Assembly: GCA_965225085.1 (NCBI GenBank)
Contig: CBDDBE010000005.1
Span: 2,378-66,377, forward strand
Direction of reading: 5' to 3'
DNA length: 64,000 nt
DNA from: an uncultured Candidatus Saccharibacteria bacterium
GTDB lineage: Bacteria > Patescibacteriota > Saccharimonadia > Saccharimonadales > EFPC-124
Shown here: positions 36,494 through 44,736 of the stretch, piece by piece
How positions within the stretch are numbered: position 1 is the stretch's first letter
Layout: each line of letters begins with the position of its first letter
Position numbers and translations under genes: made by a program
Notes under the pieces: generated by a model
Database searches by the model: none
Told to the model about the DNA's origin: nothing
What the model saw: the letters and a program-made list of their open reading frames with translations, nothing else

Positions 36494-36877
36494 CTACTCT
36501 ACGCCGTATTTGGCAAGTATGGTGCGAATGTATTCGGGGTCGAGCTGAAGGCCGGCGAGCAGGGCTGCATCTGGCCGAAAACGATAACGCTGCATGTCGA
36601 GCTCGAAGTTTTGGCCGACCTCGATGCCTTCAGCTTCGAGTAGGTCCTTTTGAAGCGTGGCGGTCGCGAATTGGTTGCCTTTGATCGTGATCCGCCCGGC
36701 ATTGTTAAGCACTCGCCACCAAGGAAAGTCAGCATCTTCCAGGCTGCGCATCGCCCAGCCAACCTGCCGAGCCGCGCGCGGAATGCCGACATAAGCGGCT
36801 ATTTGGCCGTAGCTGGCGACACGACCCTCGGGGATCAGGCGAACGGCGCGCAGGATAGCTTCTTGAAACTTGGTCAT
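36494..36877 (-). CDS. MGMT-family DNA-binding protein lacking the acceptor Cys (alkyltransferase-like, YbaZ-type)
   Basis: IPEGRVASYGQIAAYVGIPRAARQVGWAM..PWWRVL. Start at MTKFQEAIL (36877); the track ORF extension to 37183 overlaps the next gene. Confidence 0.75.
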   Translation of the reverse strand: MTKFQEAILRAVRLIPEGRVASYGQIAAYVGIPRAARQVGWAMRSLEDADFPWWRVLNNAGRITIKGNQFATATLQKDLLEAEGIEVGQNFELDMQRYRFRPDAALLAGLQLDPEYIRTILAKYGVE

Positions 36878-36966
36878 ATCTAGATGATAACAGATCCACG
36901 TCGCTTGATCCCACGCCAAAAGACGCCCGGCTTGAGCGTCCTTTAGGCGTGATAAACCGGAGCGTG

Positions 36967-37389
36967 TTACTTGCTCTCGATGTACTTGCGAAGGCTGCCG
37001 TCGATGTAGTAGTGCCATGCGTCGGTGCAGCTGTTGTAGCATTCGCGCTGCGGCTTGAGGCCAACGTGCGTAAATGTAACCTCTGTTTTGCCGTCCTTTT
37101 CTGCGATGTCGAAGACGATGTCGGTGCCGTCCCATTCGTTTTTGGCTTCGGTAAAGCTCAAATCGCTGTCCGATACGTGCCATACAATCTTCTTGTTCGG
37201 CACTAGCTCGGTAATCGTCTGTGTCGAGCGGTGAATGGCCTTGACCTTGTAGGTAAATGCGTCGTCGAGTTTGTCTGTGCCGCCTTCGATATCACCTTGC
37301 CACCAGTCGCGTACGTTGTTGATGGCGTTATAGACGACCTCGGGTGATTGGTCGACGGTAAAGCTTGTTGTGTAGTTTTCGTTATTCAT
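36967..37389 (-). CDS. SRPBCC/AHSA1-like protein
   Basis: YTTSFTVDQSPEVVYNAINNVRDWW.., paralogous to the next gene. Confidence 0.65.
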   Translation of the reverse strand: MNNENYTTSFTVDQSPEVVYNAINNVRDWWQGDIEGGTDKLDDAFTYKVKAIHRSTQTITELVPNKKIVWHVSDSDLSFTEAKNEWDGTDIVFDIAEKDGKTEVTFTHVGLKPQRECYNSCTDAWHYYIDGSLRKYIESK

Positions 37390-37405
37390 AGTGGTTGCTG
37401 TCCGT

Positions 37406-37891
37406 TTAGAGGTTTTTGCCCATTTCTTCTGCGGTAGCGACGATGTCTTCGATGGGGTTTGGTTTGCCCTCGCCCTTGACGATCAAATCGCGGAGACTGC
37501 TACCGATGTATGAACCCCACGAGTCTGAGCATACGCCGTAGCATTCGTATGAAGGCACAAGGCCGACCTGTGTGAAGTGTAACTCCGTTTTGCCGTCCTT
37601 TTCCGAGATCTCAAAGACCATCTCGTTGCCGTTCCATTCTTCTTTGTCCTTAACAAAGTTGAAGTCATTGTGCAGGACGTGCCACACGACCTTCTTGTTT
37701 GGTTCGAACTCGGTGATTTTGAGCACGCAGCGGTGCAGATCTTTGTAATGGTAGTACCAGACGGCGCCGAGTCTGTCGGTCTCGCCTTCGATTGCCTTGG
37801 ACCACCAATCGCGTGGATTGGTAACACCCCTGAAAACTTCCTCCGGGGAGTTATCGACTGTAAAGCTTGTTGTATAGTTTTGTTCGGACAT
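37406..37891 (-). CDS. SRPBCC/AHSA1-like protein
   Basis: MSEQNYTTSFTVDNSPEEVFRGVTNPRDWW.. (start at 37891). Confidence 0.65.
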   Translation of the reverse strand: MSEQNYTTSFTVDNSPEEVFRGVTNPRDWWSKAIEGETDRLGAVWYYHYKDLHRCVLKITEFEPNKKVVWHVLHNDFNFVKDKEEWNGNEMVFEISEKDGKTELHFTQVGLVPSYECYGVCSDSWGSYIGSSLRDLIVKGEGKPNPIEDIVATAEEMGKNL

Positions 37892-37984
37892 ATTCCTCGT
37901 TCCTTTTATGCTTATGATTCCTGGCTGCATTTAGGCACGTTTGGCCTGTTAATGCAATCAACGAGCAGGTTTACAGTAGAATAA

Positions 37985-38009
37985 TACACAGATCTGTTTA
38001 CTTTTGCAA
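37985..38009 (-). promoter_or_regulatory. Promoter-operator cassette, copy 1: TTGCAA -35 plus the palindrome ACAGATCTGT (37988-37997) in the spacer
   Basis: The 25-nt string tacacagatctgtttacttttgcaa is identical at 57100-57124. On the minus strand it reads TTGCAA-17-TATTAT, driving the SRPBCC genes. It overlaps the likely tetR -35. Confidence 0.55.
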
Positions 38010-38031
38010 GAGATTTGTTATAATATCTTTT

Positions 38032-38592
38032 ATGAATGAAGTAAAGAGCAACAAACCTCGTGAGCGGATCATTGATACATCGGCTAATCTTTTCTATGGC
38101 GAGGATTCGCACGCGGTTGGCGTCGATCGGATTTGCGAAGTAGCGGGCGTCTCGAAGCGCACACTGTATAAATATTTTCCAACCAAGGAGATCTTGATTG
38201 CGACGACAATTCAACAGCTGGGCGATATGTGGTTCGACGAATGCACGCATGCCGATTCCGACGATCCGACTGAGCGCATACTGCATGTCTTCCGTATGCT
38301 AGAAGAAAATGCTACGCGCGAGAGCTTTTTCGGGTGTGTTCTGATGAATACGAGTATCGAGCAGCGCGGCGCCAAAGCTCCGGTTACAGATGTGGCTAGG
38401 GAGTTTAAGGACAAGCTCCATGAGTATTTCGTTCAGCAAGCTCGGGTGTTGGGTGTGAAAGCCTCGGGGGCGTTAGCGGAGCAACTTGTGATGTTATTCG
38501 ACGGCTGCAGCGCGTGGATTGTTATGAGGCATGAGTTCCCTATGTCGACATTTGGCGCTATTCGGACACTTATCAACGACGCCGCAAAGTAG
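38032..38592 (+). CDS. TetR-family transcriptional regulator
   Basis: RERIIDTSANLFYGEDSHAVGVDRICEVAGVSKRTLYKYFPTKEILI (TetR_N HTH). TATAAT at 38019-38024 lies only 7 nt before the ATG, so the mRNA may be leaderless. Confidence 0.85.
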   Translation: MNEVKSNKPRERIIDTSANLFYGEDSHAVGVDRICEVAGVSKRTLYKYFPTKEILIATTIQQLGDMWFDECTHADSDDPTERILHVFRMLEENATRESFFGCVLMNTSIEQRGAKAPVTDVAREFKDKLHEYFVQQARVLGVKASGALAEQLVMLFDGCSAWIVMRHEFPMSTFGAIRTLINDAAK

Positions 38593-38706
38593 GCAGCTGT
38601 CTGCACGTCGCAATTTCTTCTTGTTGTGACATGATTATGGTATTATGCAAACGCTAGATCAGTGATAGCCCCGTTGACCTCGGGGCTCGAACATTAACGT
38701 ATAGGA

Positions 38707-39156
38707 GTGGTGATAGTGAAGCGGATAACCTGCTTCATGCTGGCCGTAACGGTCGCGTTTTCGATCGCGGGCTGTAGCGGTAGCAAGGGTCGGCAGCCTC
38801 AGCCGTCGCTGTCGCCGCCATCGTCATCGGTCCAACTGGCGACGAACGCGCCGAGCTATTGTGCGCAGCTGATGGCTTTGCCGGATGGTTTACTGTCGGC
38901 TGCTAGTAACGCCGCTTCTGGTCATGCCACAAGCGCAGACGACACAATGCTCGCTAGCGCGGCGATTCAGTTGCGCACTATCGCGAAGGGCGGAGCCGTT
39001 CCGATCGACCTGAAGTCCACGCTGAACAGCGCGGCCGACATACTGGACAAATTGTCCAGGAGTGCCGCATTGACCGACATCGAAGCGACGAATTCCCTCA
39101 AAACCTTTGAGGCTCTCGGAAAGGAGGCCAACGCGACATGCGTAGCTGGCGACTGA
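38707..39156 (+). CDS. Putative lipoprotein (149 aa)
   Basis: Lipobox LAVTVAFSIAGCSG; GC-rich. Confidence 0.55.
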   Translation: MVIVKRITCFMLAVTVAFSIAGCSGSKGRQPQPSLSPPSSSVQLATNAPSYCAQLMALPDGLLSAASNAASGHATSADDTMLASAAIQLRTIAKGGAVPIDLKSTLNSAADILDKLSRSAALTDIEATNSLKTFEALGKEANATCVAGD

Positions 39157-40397
39157 GGCGTATGTTGACCTGGGGCTTGGCGTCACTGATGGCACTGTGC
39201 GCCGTCACTGCGCCGGCGCAGGCTAGCGAAGACGCGGGGATGTGCAAGGCTGATCGTAGTCGGGTGCAGATTCCCGGCAACTTCCCGATCAAGGCGTGCT
39301 TCGACGGTAAGTCTCTGTACTTGCTGAACGACGCGCAGTTCCCGCTGACGCTTACCATCACCGGCGACAACGTCGGCAAGGTGGTGTTGTCCTCACGAGG
39401 ACAAGCTGGCGCATCGACGCTGATGGCAGCCCTTCACCCCAGCGACTTCAGCCTGACGCCGGTCATCAACGGGCCGGATGTTCACGCGGGTATCGTGCCC
39501 CCGGATTATCACGCCAAGATCGACGTCGGTAACAGCCCGGTAACGGTCAACGTCGGCTTGGCGGATGCAGGTCAGCAGAAGCTCTACTTCATGTCCGAAG
39601 CGACCTGGCGGTATCTGCCGCTGGCGCCCGGCATCGAGCAGGGGAAGGCGATTGCTGAGTTCCTAATGGAACTCGCAAAGGTCGGCGACGAGTATGTCGC
39701 TTGCCGGCACCGCAATCACGGATGGGGCAGCGTAGGCTGCTCGCTGTTGCTGGGGCGAAACGTCTCCTTTGCAGTCGGGCGGTTTGCCGTCAACAGTTTC
39801 GGCGGCGAAATGGTCAAGGCTGTAGTCTCTGTCTTCGAGACTGAGAACTGGGCCAGGGGTGCCGCTGGCGACCTGTCATCGTTCCATGCGGGTACGCCTA
39901 GCTTCACGATTGCGGCCCATAATCCGCCGGTTTCCAAACCGACGATCGTGGGTCCGCCTCCGGTGCAAAGCTCAAGCAGCAGCACCGGTGGCACGAGTGG
40001 GGGCCAGCCGCCACCACAACCGACGACCACGTCGGTTTCAGCCTCGCCGCAGGACGTACTCGCGACGGTGCAGAACAAGCACCTTGAGGGGGCGACCGGC
40101 CTCGTCGAAGACTCGACGCCGTCGTATCTGTCGTCGGCCATGCAGCCATATTGCGCCAGCAACGGGTGCGAGGTTGGCGGCACTGACATGTGGTCCGGCG
40201 ACACGTTCATCGCCAATTGCTGGGACGATGGTGCGTTCATGACGAATCAGAATCTCAGCATCCCGGACGACGATAACAACCCCAATCGCTACGACACCAC
40301 CCGGTGGTTGAAGGGCCAGAGCAACGGTCAGGTTGGTTATATCAGCTTCGTTTACCTGGCTCCTAACTCACGGGCGTTGAACATTCCGCACTGCTAG
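39138..40397 (+). CDS. Secreted hypothetical protein (419 aa) with a Pro/Ser/Thr linker
   Basis: Signal peptide ..LMALCAVTAPAQA; PPVSKPTIVGPPPVQSSSSSTGGTSGGQPPPQPTTT linker. Overlaps the upstream lipoprotein gene by 19 nt. 68% GC in the 60-nt line at 39961. Confidence 0.55.
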   Translation: MRSWRLRRMLTWGLASLMALCAVTAPAQASEDAGMCKADRSRVQIPGNFPIKACFDGKSLYLLNDAQFPLTLTITGDNVGKVVLSSRGQAGASTLMAALHPSDFSLTPVINGPDVHAGIVPPDYHAKIDVGNSPVTVNVGLADAGQQKLYFMSEATWRYLPLAPGIEQGKAIAEFLMELAKVGDEYVACRHRNHGWGSVGCSLLLGRNVSFAVGRFAVNSFGGEMVKAVVSVFETENWARGAAGDLSSFHAGTPSFTIAAHNPPVSKPTIVGPPPVQSSSSSTGGTSGGQPPPQPTTTSVSASPQDVLATVQNKHLEGATGLVEDSTPSYLSSAMQPYCASNGCEVGGTDMWSGDTFIANCWDDGAFMTNQNLSIPDDDNNPNRYDTTRWLKGQSNGQVGYISFVYLAPNSRALNIPHC

Positions 40398-40500
40398 CAC
40401 GTGCGTGGCGTGGGCTTTTCTACGGAGAGCCCACGCCCCACGACACATGAACTTATTTTTTGGGCGGCAAGGTGTGTGCGTAGTCAACAGCGAGCTGCAC

Positions 40501-40788
40501 TCATCGTGCAAGTTCCTCATCGGATGTTGAGGCATCAACGGCTACGCGTAGCCATCCTGCCATTTGGCGACCACGCATTTCCATATACTGCGCATCGGTT
40601 TGTGCAACAACCTGCGCCGATTGCGTTGGGCTGACATGCACCAGTATACCGCCTTTGCCGCTTGCCGCAACGGACATATTGCCGTGCACTAGCCAGGCGA
40701 GGCCTCCGAACATGGCCTTTTCGGCTACGCCTGATTGGTGGCCAATTATAGTTCGGATGCGGTCTGCAAGATGAGTGTTGTATGCCAT
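40501..40788 (-). CDS. TfoX N-terminal domain protein
   Basis: MAYNTHLADRIR..GVAEKAMFGGLAWLVHGNMSVAAS.. (start at 40788). Confidence 0.6.
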   Translation of the reverse strand: MAYNTHLADRIRTIIGHQSGVAEKAMFGGLAWLVHGNMSVAASGKGGILVHVSPTQSAQVVAQTDAQYMEMRGRQMAGWLRVAVDASTSDEELAR

Positions 40789-40864
40789 AGGCTTACTATA
40801 GCAAGCATTGCTACGGCGTGGGATATAATGGCGGTGTACACATCGACCACAAAAGGAGATAAGA

Positions 40865-41284
40865 ATGGAAAGTCCTATGCAGCGTATGAGCTGGCAGCTT
40901 GACACATCGGCGCGGGCTCATGCTCCGTGGCATATTGATGTCGAAGAGTCGAGGCCGCCTCTAGAATTTGACATCGCGTCTGTTGTGATCGTGGGGTTTT
41001 CGCCCGAGGATTGGGCGGCAAATCATCGCCATGCTCACCGGGAAGCCCTCAGCTGTATTGCTGGCGAGCTTGTTCTGAGCTGGCGCGATGCCGACGGCGT
41101 GCGGCACGAAGAGCTGATGACGCCGGCTACAAATGAGGGAATGTCTATCTTCGCCATTGCTGACAATGTGCCGCACCTTATCCGGAATCGCTCGAGCGAA
41201 CCTGCCGTTATGTGCGTATGGCCAGAGCGCGTGGAAGACTATGTGGACATCGACCTGGAAGGCACGGAGAGTTTTCGCGGGTAG
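40865..41284 (+). CDS. Cupin-domain protein
   Basis: HRHAHRE (HxHx3E) and VPHLIRN (Hx3N) cupin motifs. Confidence 0.6.
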   Translation: MESPMQRMSWQLDTSARAHAPWHIDVEESRPPLEFDIASVVIVGFSPEDWAANHRHAHREALSCIAGELVLSWRDADGVRHEELMTPATNEGMSIFAIADNVPHLIRNRSSEPAVMCVWPERVEDYVDIDLEGTESFRG

Positions 41285-41317
41285 GCGGATTTGCCGAGGC
41301 CTGCGACGTGGTGGCTA

Positions 41318-42490
41318 CTATTGATCAAACAGCCAAAAGGCAATGTGCTGCTGGTTCAGTTCAGCTATGAAGCTGGTAAGTACTGGCGTGCTGAGCGAAC
41401 TGAACGGTGCGTTCGCGCTCCAGTATGACCAGTTGGTCTCTTCTGAGGCTTTGCTTTTATCTTCGGCAAACATGTTGATTGCGACGGTGTAGCCTTGCTT
41501 CTGCAGAGTCAGGGCTTGCTGGTTGATTGTCGTTAGGATGGCTTGGCGCTGTTGGGCCGAGACGTAGGCAATCTGTGCTGGGTCAAGCGCGTATTTTTCC
41601 GAGAATGTACCGGTATTGAGCCATATATTTTTGGTGCCGAGGTAATTTGCAGCCTCGCTGATAATCGACGGATTCAGGAACTCGGCAGCATTCAGAATTG
41701 GACCGGAGCCGCCCTGAGGTGGGACCCACGGGAAGCCTTCGAGGCCAGCATAATCGATGGTGTGTGGCGTGATACCTTTGACGTATGGCAACAGCGTTGT
41801 GTAGTTACCGTTCTGCCAGTTGAAGTCGGTTGGCTCGTAGGTAGCGGTGTTGAGCATGATGCTGGTTTGAGCGCCTGGGAAATGCTTTTTCAGCGTCGTG
41901 ATGTAGAGATTTACATCAGGCGCAAAATACTGAGCAAGGTTGTTCTTCCAGTATGGCAGGTTGGCTTCTGGGAATGGATTCCAGATTCCCATTTGGCTAT
42001 CGGTGATGCCTTGATCGTGCATGGCGGTGAGCATGGTCTCGAGGTAGCCGATGTACGTCCCTTGCGCGAATTCGCCCATGTCGACATTGTTATTGGTGGT
42101 GTAGTCCGTTGGTTCGGCCATAACCAGCGGGCGTATGTGGTATTTTGCGAATGTCTTGAGTGTGTCGGCAACCTGTTTCGCCTCGGTCTGGGCGTCTTGC
42201 TCGGAAAGCGGCATGCCTACAAATATCATAATCGTATCGGTTGCGAACGAATGACAGGCTTGCTGATAGACGGCCAGCTTCTTCAGCTGTGGGTTCTGCG
42301 CGTCGGTGAGGGTGAGCGGTTTTTCCGATGAACAAGCCGTCGTGGTGACGGATATCGCCTTTTGCGGGCTAAGGTTGCGCAGCAAATCAAGCGGCTTGTT
42401 GCCGGTCATGAATTGGTAGACCGTGCCAGCAGAGAACAGCGTTAGCCCAACAAAAATCAGATTGATAAATACAATGTGGCGTTTTTTCAT
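41318..42490 (-). CDS. Membrane-anchored protein, possibly a clan GH-A-like glycoside hydrolase
   Basis: N-terminal TM. NPFPEANL and AGLEGFPW resemble the acid/base and nucleophile Glu strands of (beta/alpha)8 hydrolases. ATGA overlap with the GT2 gene. Confidence 0.4.
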   Translation of the reverse strand: MKKRHIVFINLIFVGLTLFSAGTVYQFMTGNKPLDLLRNLSPQKAISVTTTACSSEKPLTLTDAQNPQLKKLAVYQQACHSFATDTIMIFVGMPLSEQDAQTEAKQVADTLKTFAKYHIRPLVMAEPTDYTTNNNVDMGEFAQGTYIGYLETMLTAMHDQGITDSQMGIWNPFPEANLPYWKNNLAQYFAPDVNLYITTLKKHFPGAQTSIMLNTATYEPTDFNWQNGNYTTLLPYVKGITPHTIDYAGLEGFPWVPPQGGSGPILNAAEFLNPSIISEAANYLGTKNIWLNTGTFSEKYALDPAQIAYVSAQQRQAILTTINQQALTLQKQGYTVAINMFAEDKSKASEETNWSYWSANAPFSSLSTPVLTSFIAELNQQHIAFWLFDQ

Positions 42491-43776
42491 GAATCAGACA
42501 CTCCTTCGCGTTGCCAGCGTTGCCATTCCAGGCTATCGCCGCGTACTACCATGTGTAGGCTACGTACGAGTGCGTTAAACTCAACCCACACCAGTAGGTA
42601 GAACAGCGGCCATGTAACTGGCCACAGCGCAATGAGCCCTAGGCGCTGCCGCCAGGTCATAGAGCTGTTGAATGTAGCGACGATAACATACGAGATACCA
42701 ACGAACAGCATGCTCAGTGCCAGGGAGACGAACTCGCCCGAGATGATACTGTACGTGATGAGTAACGTGGCGCCAATTGGCTCTAGCATCAGCTGGATTT
42801 CGGAAAACATAGAGTACGGCAGGATAAACCAGCTGAGCGGTTTGTTGTGCCGTCGTTCCCACGAGAAGAACATGCGGCGATAGGTGATGAAGGTATCGAA
42901 TCGGCCCTTTTTCCAGCGGAGCCGTTGGTTGACGAGCCCAAGGTATGTGCTGGCGCCCTCGGTATAGCACAGGACATCTTCGGCGTAGAAGGATTTCAGG
43001 CCGTGGAATTTGGTGCGCATCGACATTTCAATATCCTCGGTCTTGTTCAATTCGTCGAAGTGCCCAAAGTAGTCGAATGTGGCGCTCTTGCGAAATGCTG
43101 CACACGCCCCACCGTAGATGTATTCAGCGCCCATGACGCAGTGTGCTCGTTTGAAGTAGAACCCGAATAGGTACTCGAGCTGTTGCATGCGCCCGATGAT
43201 GCGTCCGTTGGTGTTGCCCACGCGTACCTGGCCAACGACCGCTGATATTTGATCGTCGTGGAAGTACTTGACTAGATTTGTGATGGCATCCGGGGCTAGG
43301 ACCGAATCGGCGTCGATAGTCAGGACGATTTCGCCGCGCGCTTTCTGAATGCCGTAGTTTAGAGCTTTGCCCTTGCCGCCGTGTTCTATGTAGAATTGTC
43401 GGACAGGGTGGCGTACGGCTGATTTTTTGGCATGTGATTGGCGAAATTTGTGTTCGTCGATGTAGGCGTCGACGACTTGTTGGGTTAGGTCGGTTGACCC
43501 ATCATTCACCACAATAACCTCGAACAGAGGATAGTCATTGGCCAGGACGGAGCGCATGGTTTTTACGGTCCCAACCTCTTCGTTCCAAGCTGGGACGATT
43601 ACAGATACCCTCGGTTGGTACTCGGTGATCTTGCCGGTGCGTTTGAACTCGCGTTTCAGAAGCTTAAGCCGTCGTCGCTGGACGCGGTAAGGGAAATAGG
43701 CAGCCATGGTTAGGAAGGCAAAGTATTTGACCAGCATGATAGTTGCCAGGAAAATCGTAATATTACGAAATAGCAT
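42487..43776 (-). CDS. Processive family-2 glycosyltransferase (PgaC/cellulose/chitin-synthase-like)
   Basis: VSVIVPAWNEE.., VVNDGSTD, TIDADS, QRLRWKKG (QxxRW), N- and C-terminal TM segments. Start at MLFRNITIFL (43776). Confidence 0.85.
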   Translation of the reverse strand: MLFRNITIFLATIMLVKYFAFLTMAAYFPYRVQRRRLKLLKREFKRTGKITEYQPRVSVIVPAWNEEVGTVKTMRSVLANDYPLFEVIVVNDGSTDLTQQVVDAYIDEHKFRQSHAKKSAVRHPVRQFYIEHGGKGKALNYGIQKARGEIVLTIDADSVLAPDAITNLVKYFHDDQISAVVGQVRVGNTNGRIIGRMQQLEYLFGFYFKRAHCVMGAEYIYGGACAAFRKSATFDYFGHFDELNKTEDIEMSMRTKFHGLKSFYAEDVLCYTEGASTYLGLVNQRLRWKKGRFDTFITYRRMFFSWERRHNKPLSWFILPYSMFSEIQLMLEPIGATLLITYSIISGEFVSLALSMLFVGISYVIVATFNSSMTWRQRLGLIALWPVTWPLFYLLVWVEFNALVRSLHMVVRGDSLEWQRWQREGVSDS

Positions 43777-43793
43777 AAAGATTTCTGTATTGG

Positions 43794-44435
43794 TCACTGT
43801 TCTGCTCCCATAACCGAGAGCAAGTTTGCCTCGATGATAATGTTTATCCCCGAGCCGTCGTCGTAACAGTTGACGATGAGCTTGCCCGTCGCCCCATCGT
43901 CGCTGGGCACGTACGGTGCAATGCCGCTGAAGGCATGTGTCGAGGTTACTTTGTATACGTAGCGCCATTTTTGGTCGGTGTCGATGAAGATGTTCTGGCC
44001 TGCGCCTGGCATATTCTGAGTGTTTATAGTGCGGAAGCTGCTTCGACAGTACAGAAACGCTATGCCGATGTTGCCGCTGCGTGGTGGGCTGGGAATTACG
44101 AGTTGCAGCGTGCTGGGGCGCGCCAGCCATGTGGAGTTGTCCTTGATGGCGCTTACGATGTTGAGGCGGACCGAGTTGGTGGGCAGCTTGAGTGTGGAAG
44201 GCTTGCCAAAGTTGCCGTAGTAGGCGTTTTTGGGCGTGGGCGCAAGCGTGCCAAGATGGTACACGTCCGTAAATGCGCCTAGGCTGATCGGCGCAATGGT
44301 GTGCACGAACGGTAACGGTCGGTTGTAGACTGATTCATACCCAGAGGCCAAAAGGTATGCGCTCATCAGCCCGCATATGGTGAAGACACTCACGCGCGCA
44401 AATAACAGGGCAATACGCTTGCTGACTTTGGTCAT
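43794..44435 (-). CDS. Membrane-anchored hypothetical protein (213 aa)
   Basis: N-terminal TM; beta-rich ectodomain. Ends 18 nt upstream of the GT2 start. Confidence 0.45.
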   Translation of the reverse strand: MTKVSKRIALLFARVSVFTICGLMSAYLLASGYESVYNRPLPFVHTIAPISLGAFTDVYHLGTLAPTPKNAYYGNFGKPSTLKLPTNSVRLNIVSAIKDNSTWLARPSTLQLVIPSPPRSGNIGIAFLYCRSSFRTINTQNMPGAGQNIFIDTDQKWRYVYKVTSTHAFSGIAPYVPSDDGATGKLIVNCYDDGSGINIIIEANLLSVMGAEQ

Positions 44436-44439
44436 GTGG

Positions 44440-44601
44440 TCAGGCCTTACGATGTTTCGTTATTAAGCGAGTCATGCGCCAGACGGTAAAACGAGCCAAA
44501 AGTGAGAAAAAAAGATGAAGTATAAAAACGACTGCAAAAAACGCTATGAATAAGTACCATAGCACCAGAAATGGGCTAGAATTCAAATCTAATATACTCA
44601 T
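44440..44601 (-). CDS. Small single-TM protein (53 aa), first gene of the putative polysaccharide operon
   Basis: Own translation: MSILDLNSSPFLVLWYLFIAFFAVVFILHLFFSLLARFTVWRMTRLITKHRKA. Its stop lies 5 nt before the next start. Confidence 0.35.
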   Translation of the reverse strand: MSILDLNSSPFLVLWYLFIAFFAVVFILHLFFSLLARFTVWRMTRLITKHRKA

Positions 44602-44626
44602 ATAATCCCGTGGAATACTGATTTGG

Positions 44627-44655
44627 ACTATAACCTAATCAGGCAGGATTGACAA
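44627..44655 (-). promoter_or_regulatory. Sigma70-like promoter (TTGTCA-17-TATAGT) for the 44601 operon
   Basis: Hexamers read on the minus strand. Confidence 0.4.
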
Positions 44656-44736
44656 CATCATTTTTTCGCATACGTTTATGGAACGGGCGTAGATTATGAA
44701 CTATGGTTCATGTCGGGGCGGGTGTGTTTCCCTTTA

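Noticed and set aside
41543-42331. 262-aa plus-strand ORF opposite the GH-like gene
   Set aside because: It is antisense to a gene with a TM anchor, coherent sequence and an ATGA-coupled operon context. The ORF itself has no motifs.
43794-44435. Sortase-like reading of the 213-aa anchored protein (LKLP.., NIGIAFLY.., LIVNCYDD resembling TLxTC)
   Set aside because: The catalytic His and Arg positions are not recognisable, and the resemblance is pattern-level only.
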